The position numbers and the translations under genes are program-made. From an uncultured Eubacteriales bacterium (GTDB lineage Bacteria; Acidobacteriota; Aminicenantia; Aminicenantales; Aminicenantaceae): DNA of 64,000 bases. A model generated the notes under the pieces. It ran no database searches. It saw only the letters and a program-made list of their open reading frames with translations, and was not told where the DNA came from. The stretch is taken from the NCBI GenBank assembly GCA_964440805.1, contig CAYTTR010000007.1, positions 9,795-73,794 of the forward strand, read 5' to 3'. Numbering within the stretch: position 1 is the stretch's first letter; each line of letters opens with the position of its first letter. Of this stretch, positions 16,872 through 26,737 are shown piece after piece.

Positions 16872-18839
16872 ATGCTTCAGTTGAAAGATATATATTATTC
16901 TATTGGAGAAGCTGAGCTCCTTAAGGGAATTACCTGGATGGTTAATCCTGGCAAAAAATTGATTTTAACCGGGCCCAACGGGTCGGGAAAAACAACTCTT
17001 CTCCGGATTATTAACGGAGAAATTGACTCGCAGAAGGGAAGTATCATTAAGCCTCAGAACTACCGGATTGGGTACCTTCCCCAGGAAGAAGTTGTTACTG
17101 GAGAGGGGTCTGTTCTGGAAAATGTACTATTGGGAAAACCAAAGATTCTTGCCCTGGAGAAAAAAATAAAAGAACTCCATAAAGCCTTGGAGTTCCCTGG
17201 CCCTGAATATAACTCACTTCTGGATAAACTGGGGAGTCTGGAGGAGCAATATCAAGCCCTGGGAGGATATCAGGTTGAAGCATCGGCCAAAGCTCTTCTT
17301 TCCGGCTTGGGTTTTTCTGAAGATGAATTTGAAAAGGATTATTCTGAGCTAAGTGGAGGTTGGTGTATGAGAGCTTATTTAGCTCGCCTCCTTCTCCATG
17401 AGCCCGATCTCCTTCTCCTCGATGAGCCCACCAATCATCTTGATCTTCCCTCAATGGAATGGCTGGAACAGTATCTGCTTCAATTCAAAGGTACTATCAT
17501 TCTGGTTACCCATGACCGTTATTTTATAGACAGACTGGCCGATGAGATCTATGAACTTGACCGGGGAGAACTTTCCCGTTACCCAGGAAACTATAAAATT
17601 TTCCTTCAACAAAAGGAACAAAAAATTAACCTCCTTAGAAAAAAAAGAGAAGAGCAACTTTCAGAGAGAGAAAGATTAATCCGTTTCATCAATCGTTACC
17701 GGAGCGATAAAAAAAGAGCTGCCCAGGTGCAAAGCAGAATTAAGATGCTGGAAAAACTGGAGATTATAGATGTTCCTCCTCAACCGGAATGTCCGGAATT
17801 CAGTTTGTCTGTTCCAGTCCAAAGCTTCAAGGATGTTCTCACCATAGATAAAGTTTCTTTTCGTTATGATAAAGATTGGATTCTCAGAAAGACCAGCCTT
17901 TCACTGAACCGGGGAGACAAAGTAGCCCTGGTTGGACCCAATGGGGCAGGGAAGACCACTCTCACCCGGCTGATAGCCGGTGACCTTTCGCCTCGGGAGG
18001 GAATTATAAGACTGGGAGAGAGAACAGTTCTTGGATATTATGCCCAGCATCAGATCCTGGCTTTGAATCTGAATAATACCGTCTTTAGTGAGGTGGCTTC
18101 AACTGTTGCCCAGGAGCATATTCCCCGGATAAGGGATGTGCTGGGGATATTTCAATTCAGTGGAGATGAAGTATTCAAGAAGATTAAAGTTCTTTCAGGC
18201 GGAGAGAAAGCCCGGGTGACTTTAGCAAAAATACTTTTATCTTTAGTCAATTTTCTTATCATGGACGAGCCCACCACTCATCTGGATATGACAGCCCGGG
18301 AGGCGTTGGAAGAAGCTCTGCAGAAATATGAAGGTACTCTTATTTTAATTTCTCATGACCGTTACTTTCTTGACCAGATAGTAAACAGAGTAGTAGAGCT
18401 TCGAAACGGGCAGCTTGAGGAATACTATGGCAATTATTCTTATTATCTGGAAAAGAAAGAGAAAGAGAAGGAAGAACTGAAAGAGCAAAGCGAGTCGCAG
18501 GAGAAAGAAAAACTTGTGGAGAAGGCAGGCCCAAATTCCGGCCGAAAGACAAAGGAGCAAAAAAGAAAAGAAGCTGAAGCTCGCCAGGCAATCAGTCAGA
18601 AAAGGGCTCGATTAAGACGGGAAATAGGAGAATTTGAGAATGAAATAAAGCAGTTGGAAGAAAGGAAAAGAAACCTGGAAGCTTTTCTTGCCAGGCCAGA
18701 AACATACAAGGAGAAAGGAAAAGAAGTTGCCGGCCTTCAAAAAGATTATGCTTATGCAGGGAAAAGACTGGAGGAACTTTACCGAAGACGGGAGAAGGCC
18801 GAACATCAGCTCGAAGAACTGCTGGCTTCTCTTCCTTAA
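16872..18839 (+). CDS. ABC-F family ATPase (Uup/YheS-like; two ABC domains, K/E-rich coiled-coil C-terminus)
   Basis: Two Walker A sites (GPNGSGKTTLL, GPNGAGKTTLT), two signature motifs (LSGGWCMRAYLAR, LSGGEKARVTLAK), no TMD, and a charged KEKEKEELKEQ...C-terminal tail. Confidence 0.85.
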   Translation: MLQLKDIYYSIGEAELLKGITWMVNPGKKLILTGPNGSGKTTLLRIINGEIDSQKGSIIKPQNYRIGYLPQEEVVTGEGSVLENVLLGKPKILALEKKIKELHKALEFPGPEYNSLLDKLGSLEEQYQALGGYQVEASAKALLSGLGFSEDEFEKDYSELSGGWCMRAYLARLLLHEPDLLLLDEPTNHLDLPSMEWLEQYLLQFKGTIILVTHDRYFIDRLADEIYELDRGELSRYPGNYKIFLQQKEQKINLLRKKREEQLSERERLIRFINRYRSDKKRAAQVQSRIKMLEKLEIIDVPPQPECPEFSLSVPVQSFKDVLTIDKVSFRYDKDWILRKTSLSLNRGDKVALVGPNGAGKTTLTRLIAGDLSPREGIIRLGERTVLGYYAQHQILALNLNNTVFSEVASTVAQEHIPRIRDVLGIFQFSGDEVFKKIKVLSGGEKARVTLAKILLSLVNFLIMDEPTTHLDMTAREALEEALQKYEGTLILISHDRYFLDQIVNRVVELRNGQLEEYYGNYSYYLEKKEKEKEELKEQSESQEKEKLVEKAGPNSGRKTKEQKRKEAEARQAISQKRARLRREIGEFENEIKQLEERKRNLEAFLARPETYKEKGKEVAGLQKDYAYAGKRLEELYRRREKAEHQLEELLASLP

Positions 18840-18971
18840 ACATGGTGACTTGAAATATGCGGATAATTAATTTTGAAAAAAGAGTAAAAATCCTGTTTAG
18901 TTTTTGTTAGAATACCTTCTTATCTGTTGCCACTTAGTGATGGATAAAAGGATAAATGTCATTCATTAAGC

Positions 18972-19064
18972 TAATTACCCATGGCGGACTTGCCACACGC
19001 GACGGATGAAAATGATTATTTTTAATTTCTGCGAATGCCGGTTGCTTTTTTTGCTCGTCTCGCC
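18972..19064. repeat. REP-B short intergenic repeat, copy 2, followed by REP-C (GAATAGACT-type) repeats to about 19140
   Basis: TAATTACCCATGGCGGACTTGCCACACGCGACGGATGAAAATGATT...TTCTGCGAATGCCGGTTGCTTTTTTTGCTCGTCTCGCC aligns with 8561-8653. Downstream, CCGAATAGACTGAACAGACGGAATAGACTTAATAGAC is the reverse complement of repeats at 5050-5080. Confidence 0.6.
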
Positions 19065-19230
19065 CTATCTAAACTTAAAGCACATTTTGACTCAACCGAA
19101 TAGACTGAACAGACGGAATAGACTTAATAGACATTTAAGCTAATTTTTATGGACAGTATTTCCTCTTAATAGCAATGAAAATGCTCACTTTCAATCTAAA
19201 TAAACCGAATAAACTTATTATAAATATTTC

Positions 19231-20310
19231 ATGAGACTTGATACTCTGAAAAAGATACTTCTTTTAATTACTGTTCTTTATGTTTTCACATTTTCCATTC
19301 AGTTAATGAGTTCTTCTTTCAAGCTTATGGGCGAAGGTTTTGCCCAAACTCTTATTGAAACTACAGCCAATCCGATAGTAGGCCTTCTGATTGGAATACT
19401 GACTACAAGTATTATCCAGAGTTCTTCCACCACAACTTCTATTGTTGTGGGATGTGTAGCCGGCGGAGTACTTACTCTCCAAGGAGCAATTCCCATAATT
19501 ATGGGGGCCAACATTGGAACAACTATTACCAACACCATTGTCTCCATCGGCCATGTTACCAGGCGGAATGAATTTCAGAGAGCCTTTGCCGCCTCAGTTG
19601 TTCATGATTTTTTTAATATTATGGCTGTACTTATCATTTTTCCCCTTGAGATGGCTTTTCATTTTCTGGAGAAAATTTCTGTGGGGCTGGCTGATGCTTT
19701 TGAGGGAATTGGGGGGATGGAATTCCTCAGCCCATTGAAATTAATCACTGAGCCTCTAATTAATTTGGTACAGAGTATTTTGCCTGTTCCTTTTTTAATT
19801 GTCATTGTCTCCTTGGCTTTGCTTTTTTTCTCCCTTATCCAATTGGTTCGGATAATGAGGTCACTGTTGGTCTCTCAGATTGAAATATTTCTGGATAAAT
19901 ATCTCTTTAAAAATGATGCTACAGCCTTTCTGCTGGCCATTGTAGTAACCTCTATTATACAAAGCAGCTCAATTACCACCTCCCTCATTGTTCCTCTGGT
20001 AGGAGCTGGTTTGCTCACTGTAAGGAGGATTTTTCCTTATACCCTGGGGGCCAATATTGGAACTACTGTTACTGCTATGCTGGCTTCCTTTGCCTCCCTC
20101 AATCCGGTGGCTGTTTCAGTTGCCTTCACCCATCTGTTTTTTAACATATTTGGTATTATTATAATTTATCCTATCAAATTCGTACCTATCTGGATGGCCG
20201 AAACCTTCTCCGTAATAACCGCCAAATCAAAGAAAAACACGATCGTCTTTCTGATCTCGTATTTTTTACTTCACATAATTCCTTTAATTTATTTTTTGTT
20301 TGTGAAATAA
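19231..20310 (+). CDS. Na+/phosphate cotransporter family protein (Na_Pi_cotrans, NptA-like)
   Basis: Duplicated IQSSSxTTSxxV...GANIGTTxT motifs (IQSSSTTTSIVVG...GANIGTTITN and IQSSSITTSLIVP...GANIGTTVTA) characteristic of PF02690. Confidence 0.8.
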   Translation: MRLDTLKKILLLITVLYVFTFSIQLMSSSFKLMGEGFAQTLIETTANPIVGLLIGILTTSIIQSSSTTTSIVVGCVAGGVLTLQGAIPIIMGANIGTTITNTIVSIGHVTRRNEFQRAFAASVVHDFFNIMAVLIIFPLEMAFHFLEKISVGLADAFEGIGGMEFLSPLKLITEPLINLVQSILPVPFLIVIVSLALLFFSLIQLVRIMRSLLVSQIEIFLDKYLFKNDATAFLLAIVVTSIIQSSSITTSLIVPLVGAGLLTVRRIFPYTLGANIGTTVTAMLASFASLNPVAVSVAFTHLFFNIFGIIIIYPIKFVPIWMAETFSVITAKSKKNTIVFLISYFLLHIIPLIYFLFVK

Positions 20311-20352
20311 AGACAATGAGAATTATAATAAGAATATAAGCAGGGGAAGAAA

Positions 20353-21033
20353 ATGTTTAAAAAAATATTTGCTGTCTGGAAAAAAGAGGGATTGCTGAAA
20401 AAGGCTCTGGAGAACACCGAAGTAATGTTCGAGCTTGTGTCCAAGAATTTCGACCGGGCTAATGAGCAGCTAATCAAAGATATTGATGTCAAGCAAGCCA
20501 AAATCTATATGACAGATAAAGAAATAAATGAATGTGAAAAGGATGTCCGGCGCAGAATTCTGGAACATCTTTCCATTAATCCAAAGCAGGATTTGAGTTA
20601 TTCCTTGATCTTAATTACGGTGGTCAAGGATTTGGAAAGAATTGGGGATTACGTCAAGAATATTGTTGAACTGGCCCAGCACTATCCCCGTAAACTTCCC
20701 GAATCTCCCTATTCTTCAGAACTTATCAAAATTAGTGATAAAATGAGTCTTGTTCTTAAGGATTCGCTAAGAGTTTTCAGGGAAACAGACAAGCAGAAAG
20801 CCGAAGAATATTACAGATTTCACAGAGAAGTAACGGAAAAAACCGACAGTATGATTCTTCACATTATGGATGATGATACATTGTTGGTTCGGGAGGCGGT
20901 TGTTTTTGCCTTGTTTTCCCGTTATTTAAAAAGAATCGCAGCCCACCTGGGAAATATTCTGACTACTATTATCAATCCCTTTCATCTGGTTGGCTATGGA
21001 ATCGATCCCGGCAAAAATGAAGAAGTTGAGTAG
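20353..21033 (+). CDS. PhoU-domain protein (phosphate-transport regulatory partner of the Na/Pi cotransporter)
   Basis: Two PhoU-like helical repeats with ...DLERIGDYVKNI... and ...SRYLKRIAAHLGNI... It sits directly downstream of the Na/Pi transporter, a common pairing. Confidence 0.65.
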   Translation: MFKKIFAVWKKEGLLKKALENTEVMFELVSKNFDRANEQLIKDIDVKQAKIYMTDKEINECEKDVRRRILEHLSINPKQDLSYSLILITVVKDLERIGDYVKNIVELAQHYPRKLPESPYSSELIKISDKMSLVLKDSLRVFRETDKQKAEEYYRFHREVTEKTDSMILHIMDDDTLLVREAVVFALFSRYLKRIAAHLGNILTTIINPFHLVGYGIDPGKNEEVE

Positions 21034-21039
21034 CAGGAT

Positions 21040-22152
21040 TTATGTAACTTCGTTGTAAGCCCATTCCAGCCACCGGCAGACAATTTCAAGATCAGATTTC
21101 TCCACTGTTGCTCCACACCAGAATCTGAGACCCGGAGGTGCTTCCCGGTAAGAGCCGCAGTCAAAGGCAACTTTCTCATCGGCTAAGAGTTTAATCAGAT
21201 TATTAAGCTTTTCCTCGGGAAGGTCGACCGTGAAACAGACGCTGGTATTAGACCGAATTTCTTTGTTTTCTGCCAGAAAATCAATCCAATCATGTCTTGC
21301 CACAAAATCCTCAAAAACCTGGAGGTTCTGATTACTCCTCTCAATTAAGGCTGACAGTCCTCCAATGGACTCAGCCCAGCGCAGTGCAGTTAAGTAATCC
21401 TCATTGCAGAGCATGGAAGGAGTGTTAATAGTAGAACCTTCGAAGATTCCTTCTATAAGCTTTCCTTTTTTTGTCATCCGGAAGATTTTGGGCATAGGCC
21501 AAGGAGGTGAATAGGTCAGAAGACGTTCTACAGCCCGGCGGGATAGAATTAACATCCCGTGGGCAGCTTCTCCGCCCAGAACTTTCTGCCATGAATAAGT
21601 GATGACATCAAGTTTATGGTAAGGTATTTCCATGGCAAAGATAGCTGAAGTTGCGTCGCATAAGGTTAATCCTTCCCGTTCATCGGAAATCCAGTCCCCG
21701 TTGGGAACTTTGACTCCGCTGGTAGTCCCGTTCCAGACGAAAACCACATCGTTTTTAAAGTCTGTTTGAGATAGGTCTGGAAGCTTACCGTAGTCAGCCT
21801 GGAAAACTCTGGCCTTTTCCAGTTTAAGCTGGCCGGTGATATCAGTGGCCCATCCCTTACCAAAAGATTCCCAGTAAAAAACATCCACCCCTCTTGGACC
21901 CAATAGTGACCACATGGCCATCTCGAAGGCCCCGGTATCAGATGCGGGAACTATTCCCACTAAGTAATCCGGAGGGAGACCAAGAATTTCCTTAGTTTTC
22001 TGGATGGATTCAGCCAGCTTTGCCTTTCCCAGGCTGCTCCGGTGGGAGCGCCCCAGAGGAGCATCCTTCAACTCATCAAGGGTAAATCCTGGGTGTTTGG
22101 CACAAGGGCCCGAAGAAAAATTAGGGCATTTTGGTTTAACAGCAGGTTTCAT
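21040..22152 (-). CDS. serC: Phosphoserine aminotransferase (class V aminotransferase, short actinobacterial/archaeal-type SerC)
   Basis: N-terminal NFSSGPCAK, followed by a PLP-dependent fold sequence; about 370 aa, as in short-form SerC. Confidence 0.75.
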   Translation of the reverse strand: MKPAVKPKCPNFSSGPCAKHPGFTLDELKDAPLGRSHRSSLGKAKLAESIQKTKEILGLPPDYLVGIVPASDTGAFEMAMWSLLGPRGVDVFYWESFGKGWATDITGQLKLEKARVFQADYGKLPDLSQTDFKNDVVFVWNGTTSGVKVPNGDWISDEREGLTLCDATSAIFAMEIPYHKLDVITYSWQKVLGGEAAHGMLILSRRAVERLLTYSPPWPMPKIFRMTKKGKLIEGIFEGSTINTPSMLCNEDYLTALRWAESIGGLSALIERSNQNLQVFEDFVARHDWIDFLAENKEIRSNTSVCFTVDLPEEKLNNLIKLLADEKVAFDCGSYREAPPGLRFWCGATVEKSDLEIVCRWLEWAYNEVT

Positions 22153-22472
22153 TTCTATTTCCTCCCTATGACTAATAATTCAAAAAAATAAAGGCAAATT
22201 TATTTTGACATAGAAAAAAAAGGTTTTCAACAGCTCATCTTCTAAGGAGTGTCCCCAGCTCATATACTGTGCTAAGTGATGGTTAATCATTTATATTTAT
22301 TTTCAATAGTTACTAAAAGAAAAATGATTATACTTGAATCTATTATCATTTAAATAAGTAGAAAATGTAAATATTGTTAACCGAAATGTAAATATATTTT
22401 ATTGATATTAAAATATTCAGAGTAAAATATCTGAAATACCAGAGCTTGTATTTAGATTTTTATTCCTGGATT

Positions 22473-22488
22473 TGGCATGAATAATGCA
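22473..22488 (+). promoter_or_regulatory. Candidate sigma-54 (-24/-12) promoter TGGCATG-N4-ATGCA
   Basis: TGGCATGAATAATGCA matches TGGCACG-N4-TTGCW at GG(-24) and GC(-12) with correct spacing. It is about 115 bp upstream of the Fis-HTH gene start (22602) in an AT-rich intergenic region. Confidence 0.35.
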
Positions 22489-22601
22489 GCACAATTTATT
22501 GGAAAAAAAATTGGAGCAAAGTGTGCGTCTGAGAAAAAATGGGGAAGAGATTCTTTTGAATCACGTGAGGGGAAATCTCAAAGAGGATTTGGAGGTTTTG
22601 A

Positions 22602-23048
22602 TTGATGACGAAATTAAATGAAGAATATCAGACAAAAGAGCCGAGACAGAGCGAAACAAGGAGAGAAAAACAAAATTCAGAGGCAGGTGAAAATATGTCC
22701 CCAGAACAAGAAAAATTATATGATTTTTTCCGGAAAAGCAGCCATTATTTCCAGGAGAGCTCCCCTCTTCCGGAATCCAGGAAGAAGGATCTAGGTGGAA
22801 TACAGGAAAAGATTTCCATCGATCTTCTTTCCCATTTCCTGGAATATTTCTGTTTTGAACAAAAAACACCCCTGAGAAAACTACTTTTAACAGTGGAAAA
22901 AAATATTCTTCTGAGAGTCCTTTCGCGGTGTAATGGAAATCAGAAGGAAGCAGCTAAAATTTTGAGAATGAATTATACAACCTTGAATGAAAAGATAAAA
23001 AGATACGGCCTAAGATTAAAAAAAGACATACCCATTTTGTTTAGGTAA
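22602..23048 (+). CDS. Small Fis-family HTH (HTH_8) DNA-binding protein with acidic/lysine-rich N-terminus
   Basis: C-terminus ...LRVLSRCNGNQKEAAKILRMNYTTLNEKIKRYGL matches the Fis/NtrC C-terminal HTH. 148 aa. Confidence 0.6.
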   Translation: MMTKLNEEYQTKEPRQSETRREKQNSEAGENMSPEQEKLYDFFRKSSHYFQESSPLPESRKKDLGGIQEKISIDLLSHFLEYFCFEQKTPLRKLLLTVEKNILLRVLSRCNGNQKEAAKILRMNYTTLNEKIKRYGLRLKKDIPILFR

Positions 23049-23104
23049 ATCCAGTGAGTGACAGAGCATCAAGTATGCTCTCCGCTCTTTTAAGTTAATA
23101 GCAG

Positions 23105-23472
23105 TTAGCCTGGACTATTCATAAAAAAGGCCGATACCTTTTATACAACAAATACTATGAATGACTTAAAAGATTTTCTCTTGGCGTCCGTAAAAAAGTG
23201 AGTTTAGTAAATTCTGCTATTAAATTTTATCTAAAAGCGGCCTGTTTTACCATTCAGGTGAACAGATTTGACGACAATTTTCTAATCAGATTGTCACGGC
23301 GATCGAAGCGAAGCCATCTCAACATAGTTTTCCCCTTAAAATCGCTTCATTCGCTTTACTCACTCGCGACAAAGTCTGCTTCGTTACAGGGCACTTGCGG
23401 TGGAGAGACCACAGCTGCGTGTCCTGTGCCTCGCATCTAAGACAACCTCGGCCGGTGAATAATAGAGGTTAG
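23105..23472. mobile_element. MITE-like element, copy b (long, degenerate, about 365 bp) with TTAG flanks on both sides
   Basis: Left end TTAGCCTGGACTATTCATAAAAAAGGCCGATACC and right end CGGTGAATAATAGAGGTTAG are divergent versions of the family TIRs. The interior shares AAATACTATGAATGACTTAA and the 55-bp hairpin core CTGCTTCGTTACAGGGCACTTGCGGTGGAGAGACCACAGCTGCGTGTCCTGTGCCTCGCA with copy c. Lies immediately upstream of csoR. Confidence 0.6.
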
Positions 23473-23554
23473 TACAAAATAATTTTATCTTCTTGCATGC
23501 CGTAGGGGGGTATGGTATAATAAAATGAAACTTGAGATTGGCAGGAAATAAAAC

Positions 23555-23860
23555 TTGATTTCAAAGGAGATAAGAATGAGTAATCAGATGACCACCCATG
23601 AAGACGAGCTTGTCCGGTTGAAAAGGATAGAAGGACAGATCCGGGGAGTCCAAAAAATGATCGAAGAGAAAAGGTATTGCATAGATATTCTTACCCAGCT
23701 TACTTCTATTGTAGGAGCTGTAAAGCGAGTAGAAGAAAATATCCTTAACCGCCATCTTAAGGGTTGTGTGCATCAGTCCTTTGCCACTGGAAGTAAAGAA
23801 GACAGAATAGAAAAAATCGCTGAGGTAATAGAGATATTAAGAAAATTCCGGAGATATTAA
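23555..23860 (+). CDS. csoR: CsoR/RcnR-family metal-sensing transcriptional repressor (likely start MSNQ at 23577)
   Basis: LKRIEGQIRGVQKMIEEKRYCIDILTQL...HLKGCVH matches the DUF156/CsoR signature with Cys and His ligands. Sits upstream of copA. Confidence 0.8.
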   Translation: MISKEIRMSNQMTTHEDELVRLKRIEGQIRGVQKMIEEKRYCIDILTQLTSIVGAVKRVEENILNRHLKGCVHQSFATGSKEDRIEKIAEVIEILRKFRRY

Positions 23861-23872
23861 CTGGAGAAAAAA

Positions 23873-26266
23873 ATGGTTAGCGACCCTGTATGCGGAATGG
23901 AAGCCAGGGAGAATGAGAAGGGAATAACAGCCTTATATAAGGGAAAAGCATATTACTTTTGTTCTCCTGAATGTAAGAAGAAATTTGAGTCTCATCCTGA
24001 AACTTATGTTCAAGGGCAAAATATTGAATTTAAGGTTAGTGCTGCTTCTGCGGAAATTCCTATTCAGGGGATAATGTGTGCGTCTTGTGTCCAAAAGATA
24101 GAAAAATCCTTGCTTAAGAGAAACGGAGTAATTAAAACTTCGGTTAACCTGGCTTCAGGTAAAGCGAAAGTAGAGTATTTGCCCTCAGAGACAAGCTTAA
24201 CCGAATTAAAAAAGGCCATTGAATCTACCGGATATAAAGTTTTGGAAATAGAATCTCCGGAAAAAACAGAAGATATGGAGGAAAGCTTCAGAAGGAAAGC
24301 ATATACCAATCTTAAGAGAAGATTTTTTATCGGCTTAATCTTGGGCCTTCTTATTTTTTTGGGCAGTTCCCGGCATTTATTTTCCTGGATTCCGGATTTA
24401 CTTAGCAATAATTTTATTCTTTTTATTCTGGCAACTCCGGTTCAGTTCTGGATCGGCTGGCAGTTTTATCAGGGAGCCTGGAGAGCTTTCCGTCATCGAA
24501 ATGCGGACATGAATACTCTCATAGCTGTAGGAACTTCGGCTGCCTATCTTTACAGCGTGACTGCTACTTTTTTCCCTTCTTTTTTTGTTAGTGGAGGCAT
24601 CAAACCGGCTGTCTATTTTGATACTTCGGCCCTTATAATAGTTCTGATTCTTCTGGGGCGGCTTCTGGAGGCAAGGGCCAAGGGGCAAACATCCGAAGCC
24701 ATAAAAAAATTAATAGGCTTGCAGCCGAAAACTGCCCGGGTCATTAAAGACGGCCGGGAACAGGATATCCCGGTGGAAGAGGTCTTAGTCGGTGATTTGA
24801 TTTTAGTCCGGCCGGGCGAGAAAATTCCGGTGGATGGTATAGTTCAGAATGGAAGCTCGGCTGTAGATGAATCCATGATAACCGGAGAGAGTATACCGGT
24901 TCAGAAAAAACCGGGCGATGAAGTAATTGGGGCCACAATCAATAAAACAGGAAGCTTTAAATTTAAGGCCGTCAAAGTGGGAAAAGAAACTGCCTTGGCC
25001 CAGATCATCAAACTTGTCCAGGATGCTCAAGGCAGCAAGGCTCCTATTCAGAGACTGGCCGATGTTATAAGCGGTTATTTTGTTCCTATCGTCATTTCAG
25101 TAGCCATTGCCGCTTTTATAGTCTGGTTTAACTTCGGCCCTTCTCCGTCTCTGACTTTTGCTCTCCTGAACTTTGTTGCCGTAATGATTATTGCCTGTCC
25201 TTGTGCCCTGGGATTAGCTACTCCTACAGCGGTGATGGTGGGAACAGGAAAAGGAGCGGAGAAAGGGATTCTCTTGAAAGGTGGAGAAAGCTTGGAGACA
25301 GCTCATAAGCTCGACACAATTGTCTTTGATAAAACCGGGACCTTAACTAAAGGAGAGCCCGAAGTCACTGATATAGTGCCGGGAAATGCTTTTTCCGAAG
25401 AGGAAATTCTTAGTTATACGGCCGGTGCCGAAAAAGTATCGGAACACCCTTTAGGAGAAGCCATTGTGAAGAAAGCTAATAAGAGGGGATTCAAGATTGA
25501 AGACCCGGTGGATTTCAAAGCGATTGAAGGTCATGGACTGGAGGCTGAAATCAACGAGCTTCCAGTTATTGCCGGCAATTTGAAATTAATGAAGGACAGA
25601 GGGATTGAATTTGCTGAACTAAGAGAGAAGTCAATGGTACTGGCCGAGGAAGGAAAGACTCTTGTTTATGTCGCCCTTGGCGGTAAAGCAGCCGGAATCA
25701 TTGCCGTAGCCGATACCCTTAAGGAGAATTCAATCCGGGTAATTAACGAACTAAAAGAGCTTGGATTGGAGGTTGTTATGTTGACCGGAGATACCCGGAA
25801 AACGGCCGAGGCAATTGCTTTAAAAGCAGGAATTGACAGAGTAATTGCCGAAGTGCTTCCTGAAGATAAAGTTCGCCAAATCCAGAAAATTCAATCCACC
25901 GGATCTCTGGTGGCCATGGTTGGTGACGGAATTAATGATGCCCCGGCTTTAGCCCAGGCCGATATTGGAATTGCTCTTGGCACGGGGACCGATGTGGCCA
26001 TGGAGGCTTCGGATATAACTTTGATTAAAGGAGATCTCCGGGGTGTGGTTTCAGCCATAAAATTAAGCAAAAAAACCGGCCGGGTGATAAAACAAAATCT
26101 TTTCTGGGCCTTTTTCTACAATACCCTTGGAATTCCCATTGCAGCCGGCGTCCTTTATCCATTTTTCGGCCTTCTTCTTAATCCGGTTTTTGCCGCGGCA
26201 GCTATGGCTTTCAGTTCCGTTTCAGTTGTTTCCAATTCCTTGAGATTAAGAAAAGCTAAGTTTTAA
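23873..26266 (+). CDS. copA: Copper-translocating P1B-type ATPase with N-terminal YHS/TRASH domain and HMA domain
   Basis: VCGMEA...[12 protein letters not shown] (YHS), [12 protein letters not shown] (HMA CxxC), the CPC motif [19 protein letters not shown] phosphorylation site, and [10 protein letters not shown]. Confidence 0.9.
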   Translation: MVSDPVCGMEARENEKGITALYKGKAYYFCSPECKKKFESHPETYVQGQNIEFKVSAASAEIPIQGIMCASCVQKIEKSLLKRNGVIKTSVNLASGKAKVEYLPSETSLTELKKAIESTGYKVLEIESPEKTEDMEESFRRKAYTNLKRRFFIGLILGLLIFLGSSRHLFSWIPDLLSNNFILFILATPVQFWIGWQFYQGAWRAFRHRNADMNTLIAVGTSAAYLYSVTATFFPSFFVSGGIKPAVYFDTSALIIVLILLGRLLEARAKGQTSEAIKKLIGLQPKTARVIKDGREQDIPVEEVLVGDLILVRPGEKIPVDGIVQNGSSAVDESMITGESIPVQKKPGDEVIGATINKTGSFKFKAVKVGKETALAQIIKLVQDAQGSKAPIQRLADVISGYFVPIVISVAIAAFIVWFNFGPSPSLTFALLNFVAVMIIACPCALGLATPTAVMVGTGKGAEKGILLKGGESLETAHKLDTIVFDKTGTLTKGEPEVTDIVPGNAFSEEEILSYTAGAEKVSEHPLGEAIVKKANKRGFKIEDPVDFKAIEGHGLEAEINELPVIAGNLKLMKDRGIEFAELREKSMVLAEEGKTLVYVALGGKAAGIIAVADTLKENSIRVINELKELGLEVVMLTGDTRKTAEAIALKAGIDRVIAEVLPEDKVRQIQKIQSTGSLVAMVGDGINDAPALAQADIGIALGTGTDVAMEASDITLIKGDLRGVVSAIKLSKKTGRVIKQNLFWAFFYNTLGIPIAAGVLYPFFGLLLNPVFAAAAMAFSSVSVVSNSLRLRKAKF

Positions 26267-26285
26267 TATTAAATAGAGGTTAAAA

Positions 26286-26660
26286 ATGTGGGTAAAATTA
26301 GTAATAATAATAATCGGTATTATTTTGATTTTTTTAGTTAACTGGTATTTCTTTTTTTCCGAAAGAAGTGAAGTTAAAATTGAAGCCGAAGAGACGGGAA
26401 TTCAAGAAGTAAAAATTACGATTAAGGGCGGATATGATCCGGATGTAATTGTGGTTAAGAAAGGAATTCCGGTTCGGTTGAACTTTTACAGGGATGAAAC
26501 GGCCGAATGTTCGGAAGAGGTTCAATTCGGGGATTTTGGGATTCGGAAAAAGCTGCAGGCGTTTCAGACAACCAGCCTTGAATTTACGCCGGAAAAAGAA
26601 GGGGAATATGTATTCACCTGCGGCATGGGGATGTTGAGAGGGAAAATGATAGTGAGGTGA
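26286..26660 (+). CDS. Cupredoxin-like (plastocyanin-fold) small membrane-anchored copper-binding protein
   Basis: N-terminal TM helix then EVKITIKGGYDPDVIVVKKGIPVRLNF...FTCGMGMLRGKMIV, i.e. the cupredoxin_1-type domain commonly found next to copA, with Cys/Met ligands. Confidence 0.6.
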   Translation: MWVKLVIIIIGIILIFLVNWYFFFSERSEVKIEAEETGIQEVKITIKGGYDPDVIVVKKGIPVRLNFYRDETAECSEEVQFGDFGIRKKLQAFQTTSLEFTPEKEGEYVFTCGMGMLRGKMIVR

Positions 26661-26737
26661 ATTTTTTTTGGCCTTATAATCTACTTAATTGATGGGAATA
26701 ATAAAATTCTCAGAAAAATCCATCAAGGAAGGATAGG

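Noticed and set aside
23198-23440. 80-aa ORF inside MITE copy b
   Set aside because: It is embedded in a degenerate repeat element whose other copies do not maintain the frame. It is almost certainly non-coding.
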